Positions 18,692 through 29,170 are shown, counted from the stretch's first letter. The stretch is 64,000 bases of DNA from an uncultured bacterium (GCA_903831595.1 CAIKXY010000007.1:3944-67943); one strand, 5' to 3'. Translations and numbers: made by a program. Notes: a model not told the origin generated them from the letters alone.

Positions 18692-19560
18692 TAAGCGCAT
18701 ATTTTATACATCTTTTAATATTGATTGGAATATATATTATTTTAGCAATTTCGCTTCAATTGGCGGTTGGTTATGGTGGATTGTTAAATCTTGGACATAT
18801 ATCATATTTTGGTATTGGCGCTTACGTGTACACCATTTTACTTTTCCACGGCGTTAATTTTTGGATTTGTTTTTTACTTGCTGGTTTTTCTGCCGCATTT
18901 TTTGGCTGGATGTCGGCCATCGGAATTCGTAAACTAAAAGGGGATTATCTTGCTCTCGTCACTCTCGGTTTCTCTTTTGTTACTTATGCAGTGCTTATAA
19001 ACTGGACAGAATTGACTCGTGGGCCGCTTGGTATTGCAGGTATTCCACGTCCAGTACTATTTGGTTTTGGCACAAACGAAAATATGGTTTATCTTGTTTT
19101 TGTATTTGTTATTGCTGCTATTTCATACTTTTTTATAAACAAAATCGTTTCTTCTCCGTTTGGTAAGGTTGTTGAGGCTGTTCGAGACGATGAAATCTCA
19201 GCAAAATCTTTGGGTAAAAGCACATTTAAAATAAAATGTATCAATCTTGCCACTTCGGCATTTTTTGCGGGTATCGCCGGTTGTCTTTATGCTTCATATA
19301 TTACTTTTATAGATCCATCATCTTTTACTTTCTCAAACGTAATTCCTATTATACTTATAATCATAATCGGTGGGCTTGCTTCTCTTCCCGGTACGATACT
19401 TGCCACATTTTTTATTATTTTGTTGCCGGAGCCACTTCGTTTTATTGGCTTCTCTTCGTCAATTGTTGGACCAGCAAGACAAATCGTTTACGCTCTGATT
19501 TTGCTTATCGTTTTGTATTATAAACCGCGAGGTTTTTACGGTAAATTAGATTTGGAATAA
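18688..19560 (+). CDS. livM: branched-chain amino acid ABC transporter permease LivM
   Basis: 290 aa polytopic, overlapping livH by 4 nt. LivM-like. Confidence 0.8.
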   Translation: MISAYFIHLLILIGIYIILAISLQLAVGYGGLLNLGHISYFGIGAYVYTILLFHGVNFWICFLLAGFSAAFFGWMSAIGIRKLKGDYLALVTLGFSFVTYAVLINWTELTRGPLGIAGIPRPVLFGFGTNENMVYLVFVFVIAAISYFFINKIVSSPFGKVVEAVRDDEISAKSLGKSTFKIKCINLATSAFFAGIAGCLYASYITFIDPSSFTFSNVIPIILIIIIGGLASLPGTILATFFIILLPEPLRFIGFSSSIVGPARQIVYALILLIVLYYKPRGFYGKLDLE

Positions 19561-19561
19561 C

Positions 19562-20311
19562 ATGTTAAAAATTAGAAACATACAAAAACATTTTTCTGGG
19601 ATTAAAGCAGTAGATGGCTGCTCTTTTGATGTTGAAAAGGGGAAAATAACCGCGCTTATTGGACCCAACGGTTCGGGAAAAACAACAATGTTTAACCTTA
19701 TTTGCGGTAATATAAAATCTGATGGTGGCGAAATTATCTTTTCTACCCCAACTGGAGAAAGAAACATTGTTGGCATGCCGATAGAAAAAATATCAAACTA
19801 TGGTATTTCAAGACTTTTTCAACAATCAAGACTTTTTAAAAATCTTACGGTATTGGAAAATCTTTTAGTATCGGAAGACAATGAAGACCAGAAATTTTGG
19901 AAAAATATATTTGGTTTGAATAAATTTGATAAAAGCAAAATAGACAAAGCAAATAAAATTCTGGGTGATTTTGAAATAAAAGATATTGCGCATCTTACAG
20001 CAGGGGAATTGAGCTTTGGTCAAAAAAGGCTTGTTGAAATTGCCAGAAATATTCTAAATTATCACACGGTTTTGGTGCTTGATGAGCCGGTGGCTGGAGT
20101 AAACCCAAAAATTCGTGAAAAAATCGCAAAAATAATTACTCAATTAAAAAAAGATGGAGAAACAATATTACTTATCGAACATGACATGCAATTTACCCTT
20201 GGTATATCTGATAAAGTGATTGTTATGGACGCTGGTAAAATTATTACCACGGGGACTCCAGAAGAAATCAGAAATAACCCTGAAGTTTTAAGGATATATT
20301 TGGGGAAATAA
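19562..20311 (+). CDS. livG: ABC transporter ATP-binding protein LivG
   Basis: GPNGSGKTT Walker A, LSFGQKRLVEIAR signature, LVLDEP Walker B. Confidence 0.85.
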   Translation: MLKIRNIQKHFSGIKAVDGCSFDVEKGKITALIGPNGSGKTTMFNLICGNIKSDGGEIIFSTPTGERNIVGMPIEKISNYGISRLFQQSRLFKNLTVLENLLVSEDNEDQKFWKNIFGLNKFDKSKIDKANKILGDFEIKDIAHLTAGELSFGQKRLVEIARNILNYHTVLVLDEPVAGVNPKIREKIAKIITQLKKDGETILLIEHDMQFTLGISDKVIVMDAGKIITTGTPEEIRNNPEVLRIYLGK

Positions 20312-20313
20312 TC

Positions 20314-21159
20314 ATGAATAATTTTAAATCATACGAAAGAAAATTGAGGGCTAGCTACTCTGAACTTGATGCTAAAACAGAAGATGGTTGGGCGATATTG
20401 GAATATAAGGGGAAAAAAATAAATGGCTACACTGATAAAGATTATATTTATCATTTTTTTACTAAACACATTGTAGACCTTCAGAAAAAAGATTTGGATA
20501 TTGTTGATTTGGGCGGCGGCGATGGAGTCCTATTGGACATTATTGGCAAACAGCTTGATGCAAAAGGAATAAAGGCCACTTTATTAAATATAGATAATAA
20601 TTCTAATAGTTTACTGCTTTGTAATAAAAAATTTCCACACATAAAAACAAAATTACAAAACGTATTATCGATTACTAATAGAAACCAAGCGGATGTTGTC
20701 ATAAGTCGTTTTTCTTTTCAGTATTTTAGCAAGGCAAATCAGATTAAATTAATGCGCGTAATCCATAATACACTCAAAAGTGGCGGTTTATTGATAGCGG
20801 AGTGGCCTTATGGTAATGATGAAAAAATATTTCACGAGGTTATGACAAATATTAAATCTATTATTTCTGGGGAAGAAGTAAGTGATTTAAAAAAAAGTAT
20901 TTATAATTTTTTACCAAATCATTTCAAAGATTTATTAAAAAAGTCCGGTTACGTCGGTATAAAAAAGGAACTAGGTGGAGTATTTATGCATTCTACAAAA
21001 TCGTGGAAAGACAGATTTAATATAAATGAAAATCAATCAAGGGAAATCGATTTGCTATATTTGAAATATTTTTTAAAAACAAAGAAATTATTTTTTAGAC
21101 AAAAAAACATTATATATTTAAAAAGCCATGTATGTTTTGCTCGTGCTTTTAAGAAATAA
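20314..21159 (+). CDS. class I SAM-dependent methyltransferase (translationally coupled to livG)
   Basis: IVDLGGGDGVLLD motif I. Its start lies 2 nt after the livG stop. Confidence 0.6.
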   Translation: MNNFKSYERKLRASYSELDAKTEDGWAILEYKGKKINGYTDKDYIYHFFTKHIVDLQKKDLDIVDLGGGDGVLLDIIGKQLDAKGIKATLLNIDNNSNSLLLCNKKFPHIKTKLQNVLSITNRNQADVVISRFSFQYFSKANQIKLMRVIHNTLKSGGLLIAEWPYGNDEKIFHEVMTNIKSIISGEEVSDLKKSIYNFLPNHFKDLLKKSGYVGIKKELGGVFMHSTKSWKDRFNINENQSREIDLLYLKYFLKTKKLFFRQKNIIYLKSHVCFARAFKK

Positions 21160-21163
21160 ACCT

Positions 21164-21913
21164 CTATTTTTCTGACGAAATGCCCCAGAGGGCTTGAAAT
21201 AGACCAAGTATCGTCTGATAGAATTCATTGCCCTCGATTACCATTCCAAAATTTGATTTAACAGTAGACATTATTGCAATTTTATTACCATAAATAAAAA
21301 CAGTTGAAGGAATATATATATCTTGCGGAGCATAGCGGATTTCTCTTAAAAAATCCTTTGTTCCCTTATAAAAATAGTCGTTTATTTCTGTTTTTCTCAT
21401 TCTAATGCTCATTCTTTTTATACTTTTTTGAATACATCTTTCAACATAATCTTTCATAAAATCGTCTCCGACTATTTCAATCATTGGCTCGGTTGAGCCA
21501 ATATATCTGACCTCTTTTTCACTAGAATTAATAATATCCTCATAAATATTTCTAATACCTTCCTGCCCATAATAAAATTTTACTAAAGATTTTGTTTTGT
21601 CTTCTTCATATAGATTGAGTAGGGAAGGAACAAACTTTTTTGCATAGTTTAATGCATTATTTGCCTGCCTTATAAAAGTTTCTGGTGACTCGGCTTTGTA
21701 AAGTTGTTTTTTACCCTGAACAATAATAGAAATTATGCCCCTTTTTGTGAGCGCATCTAAAATAATATAGCAGGTGGGTCTTTTTATCCCAGATTTTTTT
21801 GCTATATCAACAACCGTAAATGATTTGAAGGTCAAAGCCGCTAAATATAACCGTGCCTCTTTTTCTTTAAGCCCGAGTATTTCAAGTTGTTTTTCTTTGA
21901 TCATAATTAGCAT
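21164..21913 (-). CDS. TrmB-family wHTH transcriptional regulator, paralog 2
   Basis: LKEKEARLYLAALTFKSFTVVDIAKKSGIKRPTCYIILDALTKRGIIS N-terminal HTH. Divergent from SBP-2. Confidence 0.65.
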   Translation of the reverse strand: MLIMIKEKQLEILGLKEKEARLYLAALTFKSFTVVDIAKKSGIKRPTCYIILDALTKRGIISIIVQGKKQLYKAESPETFIRQANNALNYAKKFVPSLLNLYEEDKTKSLVKFYYGQEGIRNIYEDIINSSEKEVRYIGSTEPMIEIVGDDFMKDYVERCIQKSIKRMSIRMRKTEINDYFYKGTKDFLREIRYAPQDIYIPSTVFIYGNKIAIMSTVKSNFGMVIEGNEFYQTILGLFQALWGISSEK

Positions 21914-21933
21914 TATACACGTATTTAAAATGA

Positions 21934-21950
21934 TGTCAATTTTATTGACA
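21934..21950. promoter_or_regulatory. perfect palindrome TGTCAAT-TTT-ATTGACA in the TrmB-2/SBP-2 divergent region (candidate operator)
   Basis: 17-nt inverted repeat. TGTCA/TGACA half-sites recur in the other divergent intergenic regions. Confidence 0.35.
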
Positions 21951-22074
21951 AAATATAATAATGTATATTAAGCTTATGGAATAAGGATATTTTATATTAA
22001 CTTGTTATTATATGTTGACATATATTATGATTGTCATATAATATACCCATTATTAATAATGTAATAATAAAAAC

Positions 22075-23214
22075 ATGAAAAATAAAAAAATATTAATTTG
22101 GTCTGGTATTGTAATGATTATTATAATCATAGCGTCAATATCTGTAGCAAATATCAAAAAATCGCAATCTTCTATTAAAATAGGAGCTAGTCTTGCTCTG
22201 ACTGGTAATCTTGCGTATCTAGGAAACGCAGAAATGAACGGACTCATTCTTGCAAGTGAGGAAATTAATAATGCTGGTGGAATACTAGGTAGAAAACTTG
22301 AAATTGTTACTGACAACAACCAAGGTGATGCTAAAATTGCAGTTTCAGGTATGGATAAATTGTTATCGATAGACAATTCAGATTTTATTTACACAGCATT
22401 TACTAATATTACACAAGCAATAAAAGGTCCTGTAGCACAAGCCCACAAAGTCCTTATATACGCTTCAACTGTCAGGGCAATAGCACAAGAAAATCCAAAT
22501 TTCTTTGTCGATTATTATGATGGCCAAGCCCATGGGACAGCTTTAGCACAAGCTTTCAACAAGTTTGGATACAAAAAATACAATTTGTTAGCCGAAAAAA
22601 GTGATACATGTAATGTTTTTGCAAAAGCTTTTGCAGATGAAGCTTCAACGCTAAATATTTCATTAAACAAGCAAGAAGCTTTTGATCCAACAAATAAAGA
22701 TTTTAGTACAACGTTACTTAAACTTAAAAATGGAAATTATCCGATAGTTATGTGCACTTGGAGAAGCGAAGATTTGGTAATGAAGCAGATGAAAGCACTG
22801 GGTATGATAAACACACAAACATTCCATGTAGTAGCTCCGTTTTTACCAAATGCAAACACAAAAGAAACGCTTTCTCTCTTTGCTGAAAATAAGGCAGTAA
22901 GTAGCTGGTATGGTTTCAGTATGGACCAAGCATCGATAAATCCAAAGCTAAAGGCTTTTGTAGATAGTTATAAAAAAAGATTTAATGTAGACCCAATATC
23001 AGATTCTGTATATACCTATGACGATGTTTACGCATTAAAAACTGCAATTGAATTGTGTAAAAGTACAGATACAGAATGTGTTTCAGCTAAATTAAAACAG
23101 GTTAAGATTGACGGAGTCGGGGGAGTTTTGAGCTTTAACAAAGACAAAGCTTCAGAACGTGATTCCTTAATTATTCAAAATATTGGAGGTGTTTGGAAGA
23201 AATTAAGTATATAA
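22075..23214 (+). CDS. Liv-type ABC substrate-binding protein, paralog 2
   Basis: TM anchor, then IKIGASLALTGNLAYLGNAEMNGLILASEEINNAGGILGRKLEIV. Confidence 0.75.
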   Translation: MKNKKILIWSGIVMIIIIIASISVANIKKSQSSIKIGASLALTGNLAYLGNAEMNGLILASEEINNAGGILGRKLEIVTDNNQGDAKIAVSGMDKLLSIDNSDFIYTAFTNITQAIKGPVAQAHKVLIYASTVRAIAQENPNFFVDYYDGQAHGTALAQAFNKFGYKKYNLLAEKSDTCNVFAKAFADEASTLNISLNKQEAFDPTNKDFSTTLLKLKNGNYPIVMCTWRSEDLVMKQMKALGMINTQTFHVVAPFLPNANTKETLSLFAENKAVSSWYGFSMDQASINPKLKAFVDSYKKRFNVDPISDSVYTYDDVYALKTAIELCKSTDTECVSAKLKQVKIDGVGGVLSFNKDKASERDSLIIQNIGGVWKKLSI

Positions 23215-23223
23215 AATACAAAT

Positions 23224-23254
23224 AAAAGCCGCGCCCGAAGGGCGCGGCTTTTTT
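23224..23254. terminator. bidirectional terminator hairpin
   Basis: AAAAGCCGCGCCCGAAGGGCGCGGCTTTTTT. Confidence 0.75.
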
Positions 23255-24023
23255 ATTTCTTTTTATTCTTACCGTCTTTAGACAGAGACCAGAGAAACTC
23301 AAAGTTAGTTTGAAATGATTTTACCATGACTGGATTTTTCACACTAAAAACGACAGGTGATTCACCCCATATAGAAAGTAATACCTCATTTTCAGAAATA
23401 TTAATTGCACATGGTCCAAAATATCCCGATGGTAAGTAGCGGGCTATATAAATAGATGGATCCTCACGTTCTTTTTTTAGTGTATCAATTAGGCCTTTAT
23501 CCAGCAGAACTCGGCTCTTTATTTTTTTAGGAATTATAAGTTTATCTATGCCTACAAAAAATGATCTTAGCTCTTTAGATTCAGCACCTTTGGTGTAAGC
23601 CCTTGTAGAAAACCCAATAATACATATAGAATCACCATTTTTCATCCTTCCAACATGTTGATTAAATGCCATTTTAAAACCATGCTTACCTTCATAAATA
23701 TTTACATCATTTCTAGAAGGTATGGTAATAGGTGAATCCGATATTTCTTTTGATAATGTTTTTAAAACACCAATGTTTCTATTTGTTTCATCAATCAATG
23801 TATCTGGAGACTCTGCTTGATAATATTTAATATTGTTTCTTACTAAATAGGATACAAGACCTTTCGATACCAAAAATCTAAGCGACTCATACACCCGAGA
23901 GCTTACAAGTAGGGAATTGCGAATAATGGGTCCTGTCTTTGATCGCCCTATTTTAAGTAAGGTTTCATAAACATAAATATCATTCTTATTTAACCCAAAA
24001 TTTTTCAAAATTGATGTATCCAT
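23253..24023 (-). CDS. TrmB-family wHTH transcriptional regulator, paralog 3
   Basis: N-terminal HTH (IYVYETLLKIGRSKTGPIIRNSLLVSSRVYESLRFLVSKGLVS). Same size and architecture as the other paralogs. Confidence 0.6.
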   Translation of the reverse strand: MDTSILKNFGLNKNDIYVYETLLKIGRSKTGPIIRNSLLVSSRVYESLRFLVSKGLVSYLVRNNIKYYQAESPDTLIDETNRNIGVLKTLSKEISDSPITIPSRNDVNIYEGKHGFKMAFNQHVGRMKNGDSICIIGFSTRAYTKGAESKELRSFFVGIDKLIIPKKIKSRVLLDKGLIDTLKKEREDPSIYIARYLPSGYFGPCAINISENEVLLSIWGESPVVFSVKNPVMVKSFQTNFEFLWSLSKDGKNKKK

Positions 24024-24167
24024 TGGCTTGAATTACTCTCCTTTTTAGGAGGGTTTGTATTACTTTTTAATGTGATTATAATACATCTGTTATCCTTAAT
24101 TGTCAATACTGATTAAGAAATAAAGACGGCGAATTAAGGACAATAGCAGACTAACAATTATTATAAT

Positions 24168-24917
24168 ATGAAAGAAACATTAATACAATCAATTGAATAT
24201 ACAGAGAAAATCAATCCAGAATTAACAATAAACTTTGTTAAGGACATATTGGAAAAAAGCAAGAATGGTATTTATAGAGTAGGGGTAAAAATTGCAGATA
24301 GAATCATTCCTATTGATATATTTCCCAATGTATTTCCTCCAAAATCTGATTACAGTGTCAGCTCACGTTCTGTTTTTGAAGCATTTGGTGATCTAAAGGG
24401 TATGGAAGTTGCTGATATTGGTTCGGGAAGCGGAATTGAATCTATTGTTGCTGTATTAGCGGGTGCTAAGCACGTTGATGCATCAGATATAAGTGAAAAT
24501 GCAGTTTTGTGTTCAAAAAATAATATTAAATTAAATAATTTAAGCGACAAGGTAGAAGTTTATAAGGGAGACATGTTTTCTTCATTACCAAATAAAAAAT
24601 ATGACTTAATTATTGCCAATCTTCCTATCGTTGATTATAAGCCAGCACAAGAATCAGATGTTACAGGTGCTCTATATGATGCCGGTTTAATTTTACACAA
24701 AAGACTATTTACTGAAGCAAAAGGGTATATAAAAGAAAACGGAATTGTCACATTTTCTCACTGCAATCTTCAAAGTAAGAATACAGAAAATCCAGATAAG
24801 GATTTTGAAGTATTAGAAGCTTTGATTAAAGAGAATGGTTTGGAGGTTGTCGGAAGACAAGTATCAGAAGCTCTCGGCTATAAATGGATAAATTATAAAA
24901 TTAAATATTTAAGTTAA
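24168..24917 (+). CDS. SAM-dependent methyltransferase (HemK/PrmC-like small MTase)
   Basis: VADIGSGSGIESI motif I and DLIIANLPIV (an NPPY-like motif). Confidence 0.6.
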   Translation: MKETLIQSIEYTEKINPELTINFVKDILEKSKNGIYRVGVKIADRIIPIDIFPNVFPPKSDYSVSSRSVFEAFGDLKGMEVADIGSGSGIESIVAVLAGAKHVDASDISENAVLCSKNNIKLNNLSDKVEVYKGDMFSSLPNKKYDLIIANLPIVDYKPAQESDVTGALYDAGLILHKRLFTEAKGYIKENGIVTFSHCNLQSKNTENPDKDFEVLEALIKENGLEVVGRQVSEALGYKWINYKIKYLS

Positions 24918-24951
24918 GAGTATAAGGAAAGAATAAATTAATAATAAAAAT

Positions 24952-26079
24952 ATGAAAAATAATATAATTAAATTAACAGTTGGTTTGATCTGTGTTATGG
25001 TCATTGTTTATGTAAGTAATATTGGAATTAAATTTATTGGAGGTTTTGCATCTGTTGCATCATCAAATGAGTCAATTAAAATAGGCGCAGTTTTTCATTT
25101 GACTGGTGCCGGATCGTTTTGGGGTATTGGTGAAAAAAATGGTTCACAGATGGCAATAGATGAAGCAAATATGGGAGGGGGAATAAATGGTAAAAAAATA
25201 TCATTAATTGTAGAAGATGGTGCAACTGATTTTATAAAAACAGCCAATTCTCTTCAAAAGCTTATTAATGTGGATGGAGTTGAGGTTATCATTGGACCAA
25301 CATGGTTTGGTCAGGCAGCAAGCCCAATTGCCAAGGAGTTTAAGAAACTAATAGTTTCTCCGTCTGCGGGGGTAGTACCAGAGCCAAATAAGTATTTTTT
25401 TGATGTTTGGCCAACTGAAAGACAAGAAGTATCACCCATAGCAAAATATATGAAAGAAAAAGGTATTAAAAATGTTGCTATTATTTATAGCCAAAATGAT
25501 TTTTCTCAATCTGTTAGAAATAACTTTATTGAACAAGCAAAAATACTTGGCATAAATGTCGTAAAAGAATTTTCAGTTAATCCAAACGAAAGTGATTTTA
25601 AAACTATCATTTTACAAATGAAAAATTTAAAACTTGATGCCGTTTATGGTACGTTTGCATTTTATCCAAGCCAAGGCACGTTTAGCAAACAAGCAAAAGA
25701 ATTGGGATTAAATTTAATACTCTATTCAAGCTCGGGTACAGAGATTCCAGATCTAGTGAAATCTTATCCGGAAGTAGATGGAACTATTTATGGTTATATT
25801 GCCATGGGTCCGAAGGAAGCTGATTTTTACGCTAAATATCTGGCAAAATTCAATTCATTTCCATCACCATCAGCATCTTATGCATATGATGCAACAAATC
25901 TCATTATTCAGGCCATAAAAGCTGGTAATCAGACCCCAGATGAAATATCATCTTATCTTAAAGGTATCAAATACAGCGGTGTTGCTAATGACATTTCATT
26001 TGATAGTAATGGAAGAATTGCGAACAAGACTTTCATTATTAAGACAGTTAAGAATGGCCAATTTGTTGAAATAAAATAA
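24952..26079 (+). CDS. Liv-type ABC substrate-binding protein, paralog 3
   Basis: TM anchor, then IKIGAVFHLTGAGSFWGIGEKNGSQMAIDEANMGGGINGKKISLIVEDG. Confidence 0.75.
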   Translation: MKNNIIKLTVGLICVMVIVYVSNIGIKFIGGFASVASSNESIKIGAVFHLTGAGSFWGIGEKNGSQMAIDEANMGGGINGKKISLIVEDGATDFIKTANSLQKLINVDGVEVIIGPTWFGQAASPIAKEFKKLIVSPSAGVVPEPNKYFFDVWPTERQEVSPIAKYMKEKGIKNVAIIYSQNDFSQSVRNNFIEQAKILGINVVKEFSVNPNESDFKTIILQMKNLKLDAVYGTFAFYPSQGTFSKQAKELGLNLILYSSSGTEIPDLVKSYPEVDGTIYGYIAMGPKEADFYAKYLAKFNSFPSPSASYAYDATNLIIQAIKAGNQTPDEISSYLKGIKYSGVANDISFDSNGRIANKTFIIKTVKNGQFVEIK

Positions 26080-26080
26080 T

Positions 26081-26109
26081 AAAAAATGCGCCCTTCGGGC
26101 GCATTTTTT
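26081..26109. terminator. bidirectional terminator hairpin
   Basis: AAAAAATGCGCCCTTCGGGCGCATTTTTT. Confidence 0.75.
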
Positions 26110-26160
26110 ATTATTTGATATTTAGCATCTACGCTATGGCGTAGATGAAGCATTTTGATT

Positions 26161-26964
26161 TTACTCTTTTACCAAGGTTGAATGCCAGGAAAGCTCAAAA
26201 ATAACCCTCATCATTTTATTAATTGCCTTGTCTTCTATCACGACACCCAACATTTTCTTTTCACCATAGTTTACTATAGCAACTTTAGAATCATCATACA
26301 TAATAATTTCTCCATTAAAATCAAATTTTTCCGGAGTAATATATTTAATTTTTGGATAAAATTTTTCTGGAGTATTTTTCGGATAAATTTCAATATGATC
26401 TCTATTTTTTTGAGTATCTGGCACAATTGTGTGAGTTGTTATTCCTGCTTTTATTTTTTTTAGCATATATTCTGCAACAAATTTTTCAGGGAAATCAAAT
26501 ACAAGGTCATTGGCCTTGGAATATATAAGCATTTCATAAGGTTTTTTTACATTTACCATATCTTCAAATACAGACATTAAACCTTCAGTCCCTTCGTAAT
26601 ATGTCACTTTCGAATTATTCTTGAATGCGTTAAATAAACTACTGATTTCTGGAACAAGTGCTTTAGTGTCTTCAACTGCACTTAAAGCCTTCTCTGCTTT
26701 ACTTTGAGAATATTTTATAATTTTTTCTGGTTTTTCAATTTGATAGAAAAGTCTGTTTTTTTTATCTATTTCGTTAACAAGACCACGGATAGCTAGCGTT
26801 GCAAGAATATTATAAACAGTAGCTCTTTTTAATCCACAGTATTTAGCTACTGCAGAAGGGAAGGCACCATTTAATTCTAGTAAAGAAACATATACTAAAG
26901 CTTCCTTATCAGTGAAGCCTGTTTTCTCTAGTTTTTTAACCAATACACTGTCTTTTATTTGCAT
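26161..26964 (-). CDS. TrmB-family wHTH transcriptional regulator, paralog 4
   Basis: LEKTGFTDKEALVYVSLLELNGAFPSAVAKYCGLKRATVYNILATLAIRGLV. By eye roughly half or more of positions match paralogs 5 and 6. Confidence 0.7.
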   Translation of the reverse strand: MQIKDSVLVKKLEKTGFTDKEALVYVSLLELNGAFPSAVAKYCGLKRATVYNILATLAIRGLVNEIDKKNRLFYQIEKPEKIIKYSQSKAEKALSAVEDTKALVPEISSLFNAFKNNSKVTYYEGTEGLMSVFEDMVNVKKPYEMLIYSKANDLVFDFPEKFVAEYMLKKIKAGITTHTIVPDTQKNRDHIEIYPKNTPEKFYPKIKYITPEKFDFNGEIIMYDDSKVAIVNYGEKKMLGVVIEDKAINKMMRVIFELSWHSTLVKE

Positions 26965-27104
26965 AAGCTAAGTATAGCAAATACACAATAGTTGTCAAGT
27001 AAAACCGACACTAAAATATAAATTTAAATATAAGCTTATAAATAAGGCTATTTTTTCGTATATATGTCGTTATAAAAACACAAGTAGTGGCCTATCATAT
27101 ATAA

Positions 27105-27132
27105 TTACAACAGAAATTTATTAGTTAGTCTA
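27105..27132. promoter_or_regulatory. conserved upstream motif ACAACAGAAATTTATTAGTTAGTCTA (shared by SBP-4/5/6 promoters)
   Basis: Near-identical copies at 29264-29290 and 31511-31534, all ~50-95 bp upstream of the SBP start codons. Confidence 0.4.
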
Positions 27133-27179
27133 GTCAATTAACCAATAAGTTTCTTTTATTATAAATATTTTATAAATTT

Positions 27180-28283
27180 ATGAATAACATTAAGAGAAAT
27201 TGGTTAGTCGTGGCAGTCGTCTTGTTTTTAGCTGTTACTGTCATCAGTGTTCAGTCAAAGAGTTTTTTTGCTTCTGTACATACTGCAAATCAACAAAATT
27301 CAACAAAAATTATAAAGATTGGTGTCATTACTCCGCTCACTGGTGAAGCTGCAGCGTGGGGAACATGGGTGCAAAAAAGCATGGATTTAGCTTATGCAGA
27401 AATTAATAATCCAAATATTAAGCTTATTTACGAAGATGATAAATGTGATCCAAAAACTGGTGTAGATGCATATATTAAATTAACAACTGTAGACCACGTA
27501 GACATGATAACTGGTCAGGTTTGTTCATCTGTTACTTTAGCCATAGAACCACTCGCAAAAAGAGATAATATACCACTACTTACTACTGGTGCATCCGCTA
27601 CGTCTTTAAGGGGTGCGGGAGATCAATTATTTAATCTTTATTTTTTGAATGATGTCGCATCAATTTATATCGCCAATTACTTAACAAGTATTGGTATCAA
27701 AAAAGCAGCAATCTTGTATGTGAACAATGACTTCGGTGCAACATTACGTGATGGTTTCAAAACACAATTTGAAAATAATGGCGGCACTGTTACCGACATT
27801 GAATCTGTTGATCAAAAATCACAAGATAACAGAACACAGCTAGCAAAAATCAAACAGTCTGGACCAGAATATGTATTTTTGGCCACTTATTATGATAATG
27901 CTGCCTATGCCATGAAACAGAACAAAGAATTGGGTTACGGTTTAAAAACTATTGGGACTATCGATACTTATAATGATAAAAGTATGTCAATTGCTGGCGA
28001 CGGTGTTATCGGACACAAATATACTCGTGCAAAGGCAAATGATTCGAAAGTTAGCGCTGACTTTCTAAAGAATTATCAAGCAAAATATGGTGAAAAGGTT
28101 GATGCTCCAGGACCTACAGCTTATGATGCAATGTACCTAATAAATGATGCAATAAAGAGTGGTAAATCAATCCGTGATTATCTACTTTCTGTAAGAAATT
28201 ATAATGGTGCTTCTGGTAAGCTCAGCATTGATGAAAACGGCGACGTTTCTATAGAACAAGAAGTTATAACGGTAACAAAATAA
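27180..28283 (+). CDS. Liv-type ABC substrate-binding protein, paralog 4 (Cys-pair subfamily)
   Basis: IKIGVITPLTGEAAAWG... YEDDKCD ... QVCSSV, with the conserved Cys pair shared with paralogs 5-8. Confidence 0.75.
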   Translation: MNNIKRNWLVVAVVLFLAVTVISVQSKSFFASVHTANQQNSTKIIKIGVITPLTGEAAAWGTWVQKSMDLAYAEINNPNIKLIYEDDKCDPKTGVDAYIKLTTVDHVDMITGQVCSSVTLAIEPLAKRDNIPLLTTGASATSLRGAGDQLFNLYFLNDVASIYIANYLTSIGIKKAAILYVNNDFGATLRDGFKTQFENNGGTVTDIESVDQKSQDNRTQLAKIKQSGPEYVFLATYYDNAAYAMKQNKELGYGLKTIGTIDTYNDKSMSIAGDGVIGHKYTRAKANDSKVSADFLKNYQAKYGEKVDAPGPTAYDAMYLINDAIKSGKSIRDYLLSVRNYNGASGKLSIDENGDVSIEQEVITVTK

Positions 28284-28287
28284 GTTA

Positions 28288-28320
28288 AAACAAAAAGCCC
28301 CGAAAGGGGCTTTTTGTTTT
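28288..28320. terminator. bidirectional terminator hairpin (AAAAAGCCCCGAAAGGGGCTTTTT family)
   Basis: GCCCC-GAAA-GGGGC stem-loop flanked by an A-run and a T-run. The identical core recurs at 30541-30566. Confidence 0.75.
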
Positions 28321-29170
28321 ATTCTTTTGCAGACCTAGAGTCCCAAGCGAGCTCGAATGCGGTTCTCATCATCTGGTTAATATTTTTATCTTCAATAATG
28401 ACACCAATTAGTCTGTTCTCATTGAAGTTCATAATAGCAATTTTCGATTCTCCATATACTGTTATTTCACCATTAAAACCAAATTTTGCGGGGTCAATAT
28501 ATCTTGCTTTTGGACAGAATTTTTTATCCACGTTTTTTAAATACACATTAAAGTATTTTTTATTTTCTGGTGTATCTGGAACAAGTGCTCGTGATGTCAC
28601 ACCAAGTTTGGCCTTACTTTTGACATATTTTTCCAAAACTTTTTCAGGGATCATTTTAGTAATATCACCAGTTTTCGAAAAACCAACCATTTCATAAGGT
28701 TTTTTCTCGTTCATTTTATCTTCATACATCGATATCCAGCCATCAAGTCCCTCGTAGTAGGTGACTTTCGAGTTGTATTTAAGTAGACCAAACAAACCAC
28801 TGATTTCAGGAATCAATGCTCTTGTTTTATCTATAGATTCCTCAATTTTGGCGGCCTGATTTTGGAAAAAACCAAGAATTTTTTCTGGTTTTTCTATCTG
28901 GTAAAAAAGTTTATTTCTTTTTTCTATTTCATTTATAAAACCACGAATAGACAAAGTTGTTAGCACATCATAAGTTGTAGCTCTTTTTAAACCACAGTAC
29001 TGGGCGATTTTAGAAGGGTATGCACCCCCTAACTCTAAAAGGGAAACATATACAAGAGCTTCTCTTTCCGTAAACCCAGTTTTTTCCATTTTCTTCACCA
29101 AAGCTTCATTTTTAATATTCATATTTCTATTATACACTTTTTCTTCAAATTTGTCGAATATATCCGACAA
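28319..29170 (-). CDS. TrmB-family wHTH transcriptional regulator, paralog 5
   Basis: MEKTGFTEREALVYVSLLELGGAYPSKIAQYCGLKRATTYDVLTTLSIRGFI. Closely related to paralogs 4 and 6. Confidence 0.7.
   Translation of the reverse strand: MSDIFDKFEEKVYNRNMNIKNEALVKKMEKTGFTEREALVYVSLLELGGAYPSKIAQYCGLKRATTYDVLTTLSIRGFINEIEKRNKLFYQIEKPEKILGFFQNQAAKIEESIDKTRALIPEISGLFGLLKYNSKVTYYEGLDGWISMYEDKMNEKKPYEMVGFSKTGDITKMIPEKVLEKYVKSKAKLGVTSRALVPDTPENKKYFNVYLKNVDKKFCPKARYIDPAKFGFNGEITVYGESKIAIMNFNENRLIGVIIEDKNINQMMRTAFELAWDSRSAKE

Noticed and set aside
17581-19523. Alternate-frame ORFs overlapping livK, livH and livM (17581-17784, 17875-18342, 18507-18857, 19236-19523)
   Set aside because: Out-of-frame overlaps with clearly homologous transporter genes, and Cys/Phe-rich nonsense composition.
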